A stretch of 64,000 nucleotides of DNA from Marsupella aquatica (GCA_973895155.1 OZ316895.1:3149659-3213658), one strand, 5' to 3'; positions 11,041 to 24,823 are shown, numbered from the stretch's first letter. Translations and numbers: made by a program. Notes: generated from the sequence alone by a model not told the origin.

Positions 11041-13416
11041 GTATACGTGCAATTGAAAACTCAGGCCTATCCCTAGGGACACTATGTACTGTTTTTTAGT
11101 GTAAACCCATACATGTAAACTTTGTTTTTTAGTGTACATTCCCTGAATATTGATCGATAACTTGTGTTTGCCATGCATGTGCAGAAAGCCCAATTGGGGC
11201 AAAGCCCTTCAAAAGAAGAGTTGAGGGCTGAAATTGTGAACACCCGGGCTCAAGAGGGTGCATCTGAATCCTCCAAGCATGTAAGTTATATGAGTTCTGA
11301 TTGGTAATTGAATGACCTGCGTTGAATTTCAGGTGTACACTGTGTGCATATATTGCCCAACATTTCATATGGAGTGATTGAACCTATACCCCTGTGTCAT
11401 GTAGGGAGGTGGATCTTCACTTACAAAGATAAGTGGTCGTTTGAAGGCTGTCGAAACATGTCTTCCAGAGATCAATGAACGTTTGAATTCATTGACTGAC
11501 TTGTTCCATGTGAACTTCAAGACATTAATGGAAGCTGTTGTGTCGGTGAGAGATAAAATTGATTCCAATTCTGCAGGAGTTCCACCATCACCACTTGAGG
11601 TGGCAAAGTTGATGCACTCTTTTGGCATGCCAACGACATGTAGACTTGAAGGTAAGGCCTTTACAACTGTGTGGGATATGATTATTAAATGTATAGTTTG
11701 AATTGACATTGTTTGTTGAATGTGTTATTTTCAGTAACATATATTGTGGTTGTTGTGTCCATAGAGAATAAGACAGGTGCTACAGAGAAGAAGTATGAGA
11801 ACCTGGCAACTACTCGCTGTAATTTAGAGGCAACAAAGTTGCAGTCTGTACAAGCAACTTGTTTGACAGAGGACAGTCAACCATGTTTGGATGAGGATGA
11901 CATTGGCAAGGGAGTGGATGATATCAATGTTGGGGCAAATGAGGATATCAACAAGCATGACAATGATACCATTGAGTCAGATTCATGCTATGTAGATCTT
12001 GACTCCATTGCAGAGATAAATGATTTGCAGAATGTATCATTCTCAATGATAGGTGTGCCTCTTGTTGAGATAAATCCAACCAAAGAGTTAGTTGGTATGA
12101 CACTCCCAGGTGATGAACCTGCTACTGTGACAGTCCTAACAGAGGAACCTACTGAGCCTAGCTTCACTACTGTGAAGAGAGGAAGCATGCGCACACGAAG
12201 CAAGTCTGATGGTGGGAGCAGAGCCACGTCAAAGGTTTCATACAAACCTCCAAGAACAGTGCTGGCAGAAAGATCTAAGGTGGAAGTGGGGAAAGCACCT
12301 AATGCTGAGGGACAAAGTGGCTTGTTAGCTGTTGATGAGAGTGGAACACGAGTAGGATTTGGCAGAGTGCAGGTTGGTTCCACAACGTTCCATGGCAAGA
12401 GGATTCCCCCAGGTTATTCAGTAGTGTTAGTCACATTACTAGTGAAACCTAAAGCTGTCCTTCCCATTCCAAACACAAATGATGATCCTCCTCAAAAGAC
12501 ACTTGGAGATGCTGCAGGTTCTTTGGTATTATGGCCAAGCAAGTTCATAGAGGATCCATAACAATGTCATGCCATTATTTGTTTGTAGTGTGAGTCATGT
12601 TATGTAGATTTTAGATGTCAAGAAGCAGTACAAGAATCATGTCCTCTTGGAGATTCATAGTATCATGCATGTGCTTTCAGTTATCTCATCCTACAGTCAT
12701 CAATTATGAGTTCCTGTTTTGTCTGAATTACATTGATCACATTGTAAACTATTCCATTGGAATTCAAATGATCTTCATTTTTTAGCAAGATTGTGATTGT
12801 GTTTAATTCTTATGAATGTTTTATGTAGGATCTGCTTATATGATGCTTTGTTTCATGTGGATGTCATTCATGCTATGTTCATTTCTTGTATTCAATGTGT
12901 TATATTTCTAAAGTTAGAACATCAGGTTTCTATGTATTGTAATGTCGAGTGCTCTCTCTCCTTATGAACTGTCCCTCTGTGTTCATTAGTCATGGTTATA
13001 ACTTGCATGTGAACCTTATTAGTTATAAACATGAGTATATAGAGTCCCAAATGGTTTTGTTGTGTGACGCGGGCCAGGGTCTCCATTGGTCTCTCCTGTG
13101 ACACTAAATAGTCACACGCTAGTCGTTGTTGAATGTGGGTAAGTCATGTATGTGACTTACGATGTGACTCGCTGAAGTCATATTGCAGTCACGTCGAAAC
13201 AAGGCTAGACTCCACAATAAAGTCACAGATCAGTCACAAATGGGTATCAAGCAAGTTGCAAAGCCCAGTATCAATAGTGACTTCCATTTTTTGGTCTCAA
13301 CTTTTGCAACTCCAAGGGTCACAGCGTGGGTCAAGTCACGTTGAGTCACAATGAAGTCACATGAGCCAAAATGAGTCACATATTGCGGTCTCAGTTCACC
13401 TCGGATTCTTCTAGTG
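11041..13416 (+). mobile_element. 5'-truncated CACTA (En/Spm) DNA transposon with TnpA-like ORF
   Basis: The right end ggattcttctagtg is the reverse complement of CACTAGAAGAATCC. Dense subterminal agtcac(a)/gtgact repeats occupy 13100-13380. ORF 11713-12561 ends in G.V...FHGKRIPPGYSVVLV..V...AVLPIP...TLGDAAGSLVLWP, the En/Spm TnpA-associated C-terminal domain. Confidence 0.8.
11713..12561 (+). CDS. CACTA TnpA-like protein fragment (last exon)
   Basis: C-terminal FHG..IP.GY..V.V...LP.P...TLGDA.G..VLWP motif; lies inside the CACTA end. Confidence 0.65.
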   Translation: MLNVLFSVTYIVVVVSIENKTGATEKKYENLATTRCNLEATKLQSVQATCLTEDSQPCLDEDDIGKGVDDINVGANEDINKHDNDTIESDSCYVDLDSIAEINDLQNVSFSMIGVPLVEINPTKELVGMTLPGDEPATVTVLTEEPTEPSFTTVKRGSMRTRSKSDGGSRATSKVSYKPPRTVLAERSKVEVGKAPNAEGQSGLLAVDESGTRVGFGRVQVGSTTFHGKRIPPGYSVVLVTLLVKPKAVLPIPNTNDDPPQKTLGDAAGSLVLWPSKFIEDP

Positions 13417-14689
13417 CCTCATCCACCTCTTTTAGGCTCGTCCAGCCTTAAGAGTGCTCCCATAATCCTTCCCAACAACCACAAGGCCCGAACAGCCCCC
13501 CAACTTTAGCTCGGTATAGCCAAGGTTCACCCAATAGTCCATGTACCCTACTCGGTCACTCACTCAGGTACCCCGAGGTTGTTGCCCAGAATTCTTAACT
13601 CCCTTATCTTCTTCCCAGAATTCAATAGCGCTAAAAAAGGGGAGAGTCTTGTTTTAGAGAACTCATGCCCAAGTGGGAATGGAGAATGAGGAATAGTAAA
13701 AGAAGCGGAGGGTTTAAGTAGGCTTACAAGAGTGTGACCTTTTGGTCATTCCCCCTTCCAAGTCAAACCTCCCTTCAAACCTTCCTCCAAGTGTAGCAAC
13801 TATCATGGCCACCAACTACTCCCCCATGAAGTGTCACATTTTTCAGAGCATCAACTACTCCCTTAAAACGTGCCCAGCCACCCCGGTTGTTTTTCTCTCT
13901 AATTCTTTGTATCTATAGGGAGACGTGTTGGCTCGTCCTCCCTTCCCTTCTTTTAAAAAAAAATGTCTTGGGCTTGGCGCCCAGCCCCAGTCTTCCCAAA
14001 AGAAAAAAATGACTTATTTAGGAAGTGCCCCCGACTTATGCTCATCCGAGAGTCCACAAGAAAACTAATTTTAGTCTCCTCTAAAAACGTGCCCAGCCCC
14101 ATAGGATTGGGGTTTTAATTTTTCTTTTCTTTTCCCTCCTTCCCCTTCCTTGGCCTGTTCCCAGAATCCGTCTTAATGCTCTCCCCAAAGGCACAAGGCC
14201 CTATGGGGATCCTCCTCCTCCTCCTTCTTGCTGCCCCCAGCTTTACCTTGGGCTCGCCTCCCCATGGCACGAGGCCATATGGAATCCTTCTTTGATTTGT
14301 TTCTATTTTTTATTAATGGGGTTTTTAACCCCCCTAAAGCCCCCCAACTTTAAACTAAACTGGGCCCCCACAAGGATCTCCATACCCGGGGTCCCCAAAA
14401 ATTAATTTGTGGTACCCCTTTAAGATGCCCAGTTTTATTCCCTCCCCCGGGACGAAAAGCCAGGAAACCACGAACTTAGGGAAACACAAAAAAATAAATT
14501 ACTGCCCAAATCCAAGGGCTCCACCCCTCTATGCACCATGACCTTATAATGGCATCAGTAACTTAGGTATGCTAAAGAAATATATATAGTGACCATAGGG
14601 TATGCACATCTGGCTTATTTACAAAGAAAACTTCATTAAACAGCTAATGTTGGGCTTCGGCCCCGATGACCCCGTCACAATCTATCAAT

Positions 14690-14990
14690 GTTAGGTTCAT
14701 TGGAAAGCTAGAGAAATTCAGATACTCATGATCTATCTATTCTTCACGGATAATCCCAATGTCACACATTAGAAAGCTAGAGAGATTGAAAACCTCATGA
14801 TCTCATTAGTACCGTGAAAAAATCTGACATGATGAAATTTATCAATGTCGGACTCAATGTTGGAAAGCTAAAAGAATTCATGAACTCATTATCAAAATTT
14901 CCTATTGTCACACTCATTGGAAAGGCAGAGAAATTCAAAAACTCATTTGGAACTTGACAAAATTTGTCAATCTGAGCACTCATTGGAAAC
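14690..14990. repeat. Degenerate minisatellite (cactcattggaaagctagag unit), right part
   Basis: About 5 copies at roughly 50-90 bp spacing; same motif as 8230-8405. Confidence 0.6.
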
Positions 14991-15615
14991 CCTTTCTCGA
15001 TTAAGAGATATCACAATCTTATAACAGTCGCAAACTTAGCCACTGCAAATTGATTTCTTTGATTACATCATCATTGCTTGTCCACTACGCTTGCTTCTCG
15101 GCTTGAATTGTTTGCATCCCTCCAATCTTCAATTGAAGCTTAATCTAAACACAAGTTGACGCCAAATGCAGTCTCTATGTCAAAGAAACAATTGTTGGTC
15201 TTCCCCTCACACCATAGCTTTATTAAATAAAAAAACTACAAATCCTTCATGTGAAGTGATGGCTTGTCTGTTTTGTGCATTCTTCCCACCGAATCGATAT
15301 TCAAGCGCTCTTTTGATCGCCAATAGTTGAGTGTTGTCCTCCGGTCTGTCTTGTGGTGGTAATATTCAATGTAACTCACAAACAATCAATCAGAAATGGT
15401 AGAAACACGATTTCTCCAATGTGTAAGCAAAATTGTCAAAAAACTTAATTCCTCCACATTCAACCTTCCGTTTGATAAATCTCCTCTGACTATCATTTGA
15501 GCATTCTCTTTTGTACGAGCATACACCAAGACCATCAAGAGACTCAAAACCATCGGTTACCGCCTTGCTGAAAATTAATTTCACTTCAAAACACACATTC
15601 CTTGGATAAAGTCGC

Positions 15616-15797
15616 GAAACTCGACTACCTTAACACTTAGCTCTGGCATCGCTGACTCCGACGTCGAGCTCTCTTATGGTCCAGGGCCGGATAGGCCATC
15701 CGGGGAGGACTTAGCATGGGGAGACTTGTGGGCAATAGAGCGTGGGATTGGCAAAGACAAGATGCTAAGCTAGTGACACACACTAAGGACTTAGACT
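15616..15797. repeat. Fragment (head) of the dispersed repeat family
   Basis: gaaactcgactaccttaacacttagctctggc.tcgctgactcc matches 3231 and 34011. Confidence 0.7.
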
Positions 15798-15955
15798 TAA
15801 TACATTGTTTTTTCAATTTGCCCACAAATGCAAAGTGACCACCATAGTAACATTCACCCTTGCACAAAACAAGCATGAATATTATTTTCTCATTTTTCCA
15901 AATTAGAATGCAAGTTGAGAATTTTGTGTGGATTTGACTTTCTAGCTTATAGAAG

Positions 15956-16200
15956 TGTTAGGAATTGACTCGAGTTTCCGACTTTAGTTTGTTTGGCCTT
16001 ACTAGTGTTAGTTAACCCTAAGATACGCTTAGTTTAGACTCACACATCTTGCCCCCCTTGGGGGGTATAGGTTGGAGGGGGAACATTCTCTCATTCTTCA
16101 CGTGTACTTTCTCATGAGCTATGGATCCTTCAAGAGTTTCTCCATTGTGGTGTCTTGTTGGTGTAGTGTGAGATTGAGTGCTCTCATGTTCCGCATTCAT
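15956..16200 (+). repeat. LTR-like dispersed repeat; inverted copy at about 35543-35815
   Basis: tgttaggaattgactc..gtgtagtgtgagattgagtgctctcatgtt here; the reverse complement aacatgagagcactcaatctcacactaca..gagtcaattcctaaca is at 35.5-35.8 kb. Confidence 0.7.
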
Positions 16201-18539
16201 TGCTATCTAGAATAGAGCCAATGGTTTCTTATAAGAACAATACATAAGGCTGAACAAAGCTAAGTTGTTGTGATGGGGGGGGGGGCTCCAAAAATGGCCC
16301 TGAAATGTATTATCACAAGTATGCGTGTAAATATTGTACATTTCATTGTCAACACATGAATGTCACAAACCTTAGTGTTAAAACTATTGTGACCACAAAG
16401 CTTTGGTCAAGCAACCTGGTTATAGTGGCTGATGATTAGCCTGGCTCCAGTGTTCAAGAACAATAACAATCACCACCTTGCCCTAAAGATGTTAGAAACA
16501 ATTTGTCGCAACTTTCTGTCCTTTGATTTGTCAACTGGTTAGCACCACACACTGCATTGCAAGCACAACACAACAACCTTTGCATACATTCAAGAGCTCT
16601 CCTCTTGCCTCGTTGGGTGTTTCTCCATCAAATCATCATCACTGGTGAAAAAGATGGACCGAGCATTGTTTTCTTCTCTTACTTAGTTCACTAAATTTCT
16701 CGCTAAATTTGCATGGGATCCCAAAATGCTTTTTGTCTAGAAATTAAATTTGTTTACTGAAAATTCATGTTAGTCTAGCTAATTTGTACTCTCACTCCTG
16801 TCTACAATATTAATCATGACTCACTTTGCTGTGGAATGGGCATAACTCATGTGTTTGGGGCCAATTTGATGGGGCACATGAAAGGGTCTTCATGTGTGAA
16901 GCACAGTCAGTTGGGACTCTTACTCCTAAGAGTATGTTAACCCTTACTGGAAAGCGTGCTGTAACTGGATGCTGACCAAACATAGTCACTACAATTCAAA
17001 AAGTCATGTCCAACCCGGTCATTGTAATGCTATTGATTTTTTTAGGCACTAGGGTTTCTGGTTAATATTGCGTGTGTATTTGGAGGACATTATTCAGTTT
17101 TGACTTTCTACTGGATTTGTTGCTGGGTTTCCAACATTGTAATGTGCTGATTTCTAGTATAGAGAAATATTATCCAACAAGGGTTGGGGCTCAATTTCAT
17201 TTGACTATGACTCCTAAACTAGGAAAGGGGGTTGTCACACTGGATAGTTAGCACTTACAATAACCAAGCCTAAAAACCTTTAGACATGTCTAATTGCCCA
17301 AAGGAGAATTGAAGAGAGGCACAACTTTTTGAGGGTTTAAGCTTTTCAGGTACTATTAGAAAAAAACCTAAACTTAATCTTGTGGTAGGCAATTATTACT
17401 TCGGGGGCCTTTTCAGGGGCCTACAGAAAAGGCCCCTGCAAAGCACTGGCACTCAAACTCGTGTTTTGTTAGTCTCCTGAGAGCTTAGAAATCCTATGGG
17501 AGCAACAGATTTAGACTTAGTATCCTGTCGTGCGGACACACATTCATAGACAACTCACATTGCGACACACCATGTAAACAAGAAAAAGGATAATCACACG
17601 ACACACAACACATCTACGCCGAAATCCATAACAATCTCTTGCGAAACGGGACCCCGTTGCAAGGTATCACTAAGTCAAGCCAAACTCACCTGCAAGCCAT
17701 GCGGGACTCCAAGTCTATACACATAGCAGAACCCTGCCAATTTTGCTCTACATGCCAACCGACATACAGTCTCTCTCTCTCTCTCACCATAGCCACACTC
17801 ACATGAGCTCTACTAGTGCCGGGAGACTCAACTTGAATTGGAAGAATGAGGAGCTAATCCCTCATTCTCCAAGGTATACCCCCATGGCACAAAAGCATGG
17901 TAACCTGGGTGAAGAGGTCACCCCTACCAGGTGACCTGCTATACCAGGTCACCCTCCCAAACTCACAACACATGTGCCACCAACAAAGTTGCAACTCAAA
18001 TGCACCATGGGGTGACAATCCCACGAGCAATCCTATCGGATCTTCTAGCTCACGGTGCTGCGCATAGAATTGTCGAGGACTCGATGCGACAGTCTAGCAA
18101 CATGTCGTGCACATACACATTGCTACACAACATACATCACATGTCACACACATCCAAACATAAACACAAACAAACATAGGAGATTGGGTTACAAGTGAAA
18201 CTCATGTCCACACATGTCCAAAGTACACAATAAATTTTCAATGAATTGAGCAGCAATTGATGCCAACAATACACAATCAATCCCGTCCGATCTAGTCATA
18301 CACATATGTCAAAGCCCCACTCACCTTGCACTCAAGGAATTGATGTTACGTAGAAAGAGCTCTCAACCACCATAGCCACAATTCGAGCTCCCCTCTCCAA
18401 AGCTCAACATCGAAAGATAACTTTTCGATGCCTCACAATGTGAGAACTACTTTCCACACAAACCCAAACTAAACCCTATTGGCTCATATAGCAAATATAC
18501 AAAACATACAAACCTAAATAGTATGATATATTACATTGC

Positions 18540-18660
18540 CACTTAAAATGACAGACATATTTGATGGACCCCCAAAATGCAAAGTGTTATTTGATGGACC
18601 CACTTAAAATGACAGACATATTTGATGGACCCCCAAAATGCATTGTTATTTGATGGACCC
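18540..18660. repeat. Tandem duplication, about 61-bp unit x2
   Basis: cacttaaaatgacagacatatttgatggacccccaaaatgc at 18540 and 18601. Confidence 0.85.
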
Positions 18661-18675
18661 ATGAGTGATCCAGAC

Positions 18676-18952
18676 CAGGGTTTTTTTTAGTGGCAAAAAT
18701 TCGCTAGATTCCACCTCCCCAAAAATCCTTCGCCACTTTTGGTTAAAATTCGCTACTTTTTTGATGTCCCACTAGCCGGTGTTCCACCTAATCCCAGGCC
18801 CCATTAGCCAGAATCTAACAGTCTGCCTTAAATCTAGGGAGATCTGACTCTCACGAAAATAATTGAATACAGAATCTTTTGAGTATCTTCTCCTTGACAC
18901 ACTTTACATTCGCCACTTTGGCGAAAAAGTGAAATCCTTAAAAAATACACTG
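18676..18952. mobile_element. hAT-type MITE, 277 bp, with 8-bp TSD
   Basis: Imperfect TIRs CAGGGTTTTTTTTA / TAAAAAATACACTG flanked by a perfect 8-bp direct repeat ATCCAGAC (18668-18675, 18953-18960). Confidence 0.85.
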
Positions 18953-19147
18953 ATCCAGACCCTTCATAGATCTCAAATCAATGTACCCAAAAAGTGTCTA
19001 TCAAGTAATAAATTTAAATTTAGGGGTCCGTCAAATATATCTCTCCTCAAAATGGTGCGAGGAACAAAAAGATGGAGATCACGTCATCAATGTCGTGGGA
19101 TGGCGAAGTCTGCTGTAGTTTTACCGACGTCAGCTTACTACTGCAAA

Positions 19148-19233
19148 GCTTCCTGACAGAATGCAATGCTCGGACCAAAGCCATTTGAGGGCTTCCTGAC
19201 CGAATGCAATGCTCGGACCAAAGCCATTTGAGG
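19148..19233. repeat. 43-bp direct tandem duplication in the promoter/5'UTR region of the G-patch gene
   Basis: gcttcctgac.gaatgcaatgctcggaccaaagccatttgagg x2. Confidence 0.85.
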
Positions 19234-19801
19234 AGATAAGGAGAGAAAGAAGGAAACGAGAACCTCTTGACCACCTTTCAGAGGAATCTCTGATGGACGT
19301 CAGGTGTGCCTTGATTACGTGATTCTGCCCCTAGTCGTAAGAGGACGTGACAGAAGCCCGGTCCAGAGTGACAATTCATTCTGCCGGTCTTTGCTGTGGA
19401 AGGGGACGGAAGGGATTTGTCCACAGACAGTAGTGGTGGAACATGAAAGCGTCCTCAAGAGTCGCATGCTTGAGTTTTGCTCTGCTTAAAACCCGACAAA
19501 TGAGGTTGAGCAGATTATGCACAGCACCTGGGGTCAGGAATTGCGGGAGAGCTGTATTTCGACTCTCCTTCTTCACGACGGGTGCTGATATCGCGTAGCG
19601 GAGAAGAATTGTGCGCAATGAAAGCTGCTCTTTTCGGCCTGGTTTAACCTAATCTACGGTCTCTTCACAGTGAGTTTTTGCTTTATTCCTTGTCTTTAGA
19701 TTTTCAAGGTTGCCAAGGGAGAGATTGTTAATCGTCAAGTAGTGCTTTCTGTTCAGGATGTTCAGTGAACGGGTGAGCTGTTATGCTACCGAACGGAAGT
19801 C

Positions 19802-22800
19802 ATGGCTCAGGACGCCCCCAGTTTCGACCCCGGTTTCGTGTTGGATGAGGCATCTGGGCTCTACTTTCATGCCAGGTAGTGTGATTTCCGTACTTGGAAA
19901 GAAGCTTTTCCGATTATGACCATTAATTGGAGATGGATATGTGTAAACTTTCATGACTGGAAAATTGATTAGTATGCGATTTCCTTCCCATCTGGTCGCA
20001 AGTGTTAGGTTACGGGACTTTATCAACCCTTTCAGTTTCGTAATGCGTCGAGATCCAGCCGTGAAGTGATATTTTTGTCTTCCCTCATGAGAGTGTAACC
20101 GGGTAGATTCGAATTGATTTGTTGGTCTTCCGTCGTTAATGTGTAAGCTGGCAGAGAAGCATGCTCGATCATAGTTAGTAAGGCGTAACAATATGAGAGA
20201 TAAGAAGCAGAAAGGAATGTGCCTCATGTTCTTCTTTCAGTTTATAGCTGTACCACCTCGCAAGAACTTCAATTTGCCGTTCAGCACTTCTATACCAGTT
20301 CAAACTCAAAGGCTACTGTTCGGTAAGGAAGCTTGGAACTGAAGCCCGGTTGTTCAAGTCAATGGGACCGTGTATGGTGACAGCCAAAATAACAGACTGT
20401 GCACAACCGTAGTTACGTTAGTTCACTCCGAAGACATCAGCAAGATTGGGTTCATGACCGCTATGCTGCTCTTTCAGGGCTCTTTAGGACTGTTTGGAAA
20501 GAAGGAGCTTGAAAATGAGCAAGTGTAGTAGGTTTGGAGACACTTGATTGACAATTTTTCTAGTGTGCTTAATAATTTATGGGATTTAAATTCTAAAAGT
20601 TTTCTTTGAATTGCAGCTCCGGATTTTACCACGATGCAAGTGCTGGGTGGTACTATAACACAAACGATGGAGTCTACTATAAGTTTGAGCAAGGAGAGTA
20701 TGTTCCTATTGCGGCAATGTCCAGTTCTGAAAATGTAGTTCCCGAGGTTGAAACCAATGGAAAAGACTCAACGACTGAGTCTACAGCTTTTGAAGTAAAG
20801 GAGCTAAGGGTGACGAGCTCGCAGGTTTCTGCGCTTTCAAATTCTCTAGTTGAGGTCCCTCATGAACCTGTGCTGCAGTCGAGAAGTCCAGAGCGAGGTG
20901 ATCTTTCGCAAGTAGATGCTCCAAATGGGACTGGGTCTGTTCCTCAAGCAGAGACTGGTTCTTTGGAAGTCGGTTTCCCTCTTTGGTACTTTGACTCGTT
21001 ACGGTCAATATACTGGTACTATGATAAAGATACTCGAGCTTATTACAAATATAACGAGGGAGCTTACGATGCGTTGGGAGAGTCCACAGGTGAGGGGGAA
21101 AAATTAGCCGATGTCGATCAACTTCAGCAGGAACAGATCTATGTAAAAGGTAATTTTAAGACTGACGTCTTGTAGCTTTCGATATGAACATAGTTTTAGA
21201 TAAGCTCGTGAGCAAGCTGCAGCGGAGATAATTAGACTGACTGATCCCTGCCATGAGATGCTGAACGACCCATTCCCTTTTTGCCCGTTTAAATGAAACT
21301 TCTGATGATGGGGATTAGCTGCATTTGAAATCTCGCCGAGTATTCTAAAGTTGGGATTGGAGCTTTGGAATTGTAATTGACTTAACGGAATGGTGTTAGA
21401 TCTCATGCTTGGCACAATCAAGAAAGGCTTAGGAAATGTTAGTAAGTGGGCGTGGAAATGTTATATGTAATTCTAGGGCGAAGCAACAACTCCTGTTGAA
21501 TTTTGTTTTGCTCTGAATTGTGAAGAAAGCGGTGGAGAGATGGATAGACTCAGACTGCAAGAGACAATCCAGCCGGAAGAGAATGACGATAACCCCAAGC
21601 CTGCGTCAGGATGGTTCGTTTTTAACTTTAGTGTCGATTTTGAGTCTTGGTAGTTTCATGTGTACATCTCTACAAATGCTGTCGTTTATTTAATCAATGG
21701 AAGATTAGGGCCTGTATCTCTTGGCAATGTTTAGGCTCTTGTGAGAATTTTGGCGTTCAGATTGGAATTGCCTCTGTCAGGTGTATGCTTCTCTAGCCTT
21801 CAACAGTGGCAGTCTGTTAATAATGCTGTAGAGATGTTCTGTGCTAGTTTCGGTAGCTGAAGTTTTTCTTCCAAAGTAGTTTCTGTGTTCTGCAAACTTT
21901 GCCACTTTCAAGTTTCTTTTTGTTGTTGATCTTTATGCTCTATGGTTCACGTCTGGTACCATTGTCTATTCATATCCTTCATTGTTGTTATTCCTGACTT
22001 GTGTATGAATTGACAAGTCGTGTTGGTCCAGTTCTTGAACTAGAGGTGTTGTTTTTGCAGGATTGAGGAAACTCTTATTGATCTATACCTAAGAGGTTAT
22101 CCCAAGGACTCTACCGAGGACGATGGGCCATGGATTACATCAGCAGACATATTTTTGGAGGATTCGCCAAGAGACGTTTATTCGCCTCAACAAGGTTTTC
22201 AGGAGACTTATTACAACAGAAATAGTTTGTTGGTCATTGAGAAACAGTCACATGGGGATTTGAGTTATGATAAGAGTGTTGTGCCGTCATCAGTTGATGA
22301 ATCAGATGAGGGAAGTGAAGAACTGGAAGAAGGAGAATGGGTTCCTGATGAGCCGTTGCGGATAGTTGATGAAAGCCAGTTCATTGAAGGAGTTCAAGCT
22401 GCTGAAGGAAGAATGGACAGTGAAACGCTAGAATCCAGATATTTGTCGGAACTGTATGTTGATAACGGTGGTTACTCTGGAGATCTCGAAGATGGTGAGT
22501 TGGAGGACGGGGAGATCGAGCAGGACAATGGTGACGCAACAAATAATATTACAAATGAACTTACAACGGAAGGTCAGGACAATAATCTTACAGACAATGG
22601 CCAGAGAGTGGATGAAGAACAGTGGCAAGCACAGTTTGGGCAAGTAGTTCGAGAGAAGGCTAAGGAGTATCTTGTACCTGGTGCTATTGATCTGTGGGAC
22701 TGGATAATTGTTGAGATGGAACCAAATGCTTTGAAGCAAGGGAAAGTGACAAAGAAGCTGGTGGGAAGGATAGTTTCCTCTGTAACGAAGTTAGTTAGCG

Positions 22801-24823
22801 CTTCCAGTGGACTGATACGAACAAGTGCCATTCGTGCTGCTGAACTTGATTTTGTAAAGGTCTCGTCAGGTGATTACAAGTTCCTTACTACCTGATTTTG
22901 GATCATCAGTCAGAATTTCAATTGTAATAGCAGTAAGTGTTTATGAAACCTGCATTATATCTCCTAAATACATCTGCCATATGAAGCGTTATGGTTTAGT
23001 GCCATTGTGCTTGACCTTCTTTTTATTGCTTAGGTAAAATCTACAGACTACGTCGTCCCAGTAACAAGCATTTGAGTTCCTTGGGGGCGTACGATTCTTC
23101 AAACCCAACCAAAGATTGGGGCTATCCTGCTCTTGGACTGTCGCTTCTGGAAACATCAGAGGGTCCTTCGCTGGAACGTGGGATTGTGGCAAGTGATGAG
23201 GTTGAGCGAAGAACTAAGTCCCTTGTTTCAAAGCCATTTGTTCCCAACACTGGCCATTGGAAATTCCAGGGATTGGCCACTTCCAAGAAAAAAGTAAGTA
23301 AAGTGACAAGCTTAGCTTCAAAAGAAATTACAAAGTTGGCCTCTTTTTATTGCTATCATATAGATCTATACGTTTCTTCATATGGATGCAACGTGCCTGA
23401 ACAGCTATTTGAGTTCTGGTTTTGATCTGTCTTTTCGGAGAGTAACCCGTTTCCTATTTGTCACGTTCTTATTGAATTGCAGAAAGGAAGCGGGATGCCT
23501 GCTGCTCTGTTAGCAACAAAATATCTGTCCCCTGAGGAGATTTTACTCAATGAGCAGGTAAGGAGCAGATTAATCACATTTTATACAGGTTTGAAAGCTT
23601 GTCGATTGGTCTTTCATAATTCACGGAGAGCACAAAGATCACTGCATAAGCTGATGTCTCTAGTCCTCAAGGTGCTTCAAAGTTGTGACTGGCACACCCA
23701 AAATTGATCGGGGCACGTAAATTTTGACCGCACATACTCTGCAGCACATACTCTTGCAAAAGCCAATAAGTGCTAACCATAGATATGTTTTAGCTTTCCT
23801 GGGGCCTCATATCCGAGACTTCTTGTGGTTTAGACATTTGTTCCTGAAGCAGGTTTATCCACCCAGTTGTCTGATAGATCACCTAGACAACACGATTCAA
23901 CGTGATTCCTCGAACCCCCAAGCCCCGTCAAGACAACATTCCCGCTCGCGATTACCGCAAACCACGTGGTTTGGCAAAGATTGGATATGCTTGCCAGCCG
24001 ATCAATGCAATTTTTTTGTCCCATAACGTGCGTCATATTTCCAAAGACCAATTCATACTTAACATTAGAACCATCTATGCTCTCAGTTGGTCGGGAGGGA
24101 AACTTTTCTAGAGTGTCTGAAGTCTAGAGTTTCACGCCTTCGGGACACAACACGATAGAGCCATCTATGCTCTCAGTTGGTCGGGTGGGGAACTAATCTA
24201 GAATTTCTGAAGTCTGGCTTGGTTTCTGAACTCTTTTCAGTTATCTCTTTTGAATCAATTAAGTTTCTTGAATATCCTTTTAATATGCGAACTCTATATT
24301 CTGGACGATTACTGAAGATCTAACTTTGTGTTAGCAGAGAAAGCAGAAATACCGTGACCGGGCAGCAGAGCGGAGGACATTGCATGGTGGATTTGGAACA
24401 GGTCCAGGGCAGAAGGGTTTGACACCTCAAGAGCAGGAGAAAGTAGATGCTGAAAATGCTGCTGGGATGGAGGGTGCTTTGAGAAAAGCCTCTTTGGCTC
24501 CACCTCTTGGAAAGGATAACGTCGGGAAGCGCATGCTGGAAGGGATGGGTTGGAAGGAGGTTAGTGCTGATGGATATCCGTGCACACTTGTATGTGTACT
24601 TTGTTTCTTATCGAAGACAGAATGAACAGTTTTAGACCTGCTGGTGTGGGAGCTTGTTCGATCTTAGCAGATATTAGATCTGTTTGTAAGGTCTTCCGTT
24701 TGTGGCTGAGGTCCCAATTGTGGCTGTGGATCACAGGGCCAGACATTGGGAGTTGAAGGAGGTTTGGTGGCCCCCATCCAAGCAAATGGAAACGATGGTC
24801 GTGCAGGCTTAGGTTGGAGATGA
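19802..24823 (+). CDS. OCRE- and G-patch-domain protein (plant D111/G-patch family), multi-exon
   Basis: Exons about 19802-19875, 20617-21149, ~21526-21613, 22061-22869, ~23034-23292, 23483-23557, ~24338-24559 and 24737-24823 with GT-AG sites. OCRE: FVLDEASGLYFHASSGFYHDASAGWYYN..DGVYYKFE. Also WIEETLIDLYLRGY, YDSSNPTKDWGYP, YRDRAAERR, and G-patch NVGKRMLEGMGWKEGQTLG...GRAGLGW*. Confidence 0.88.
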
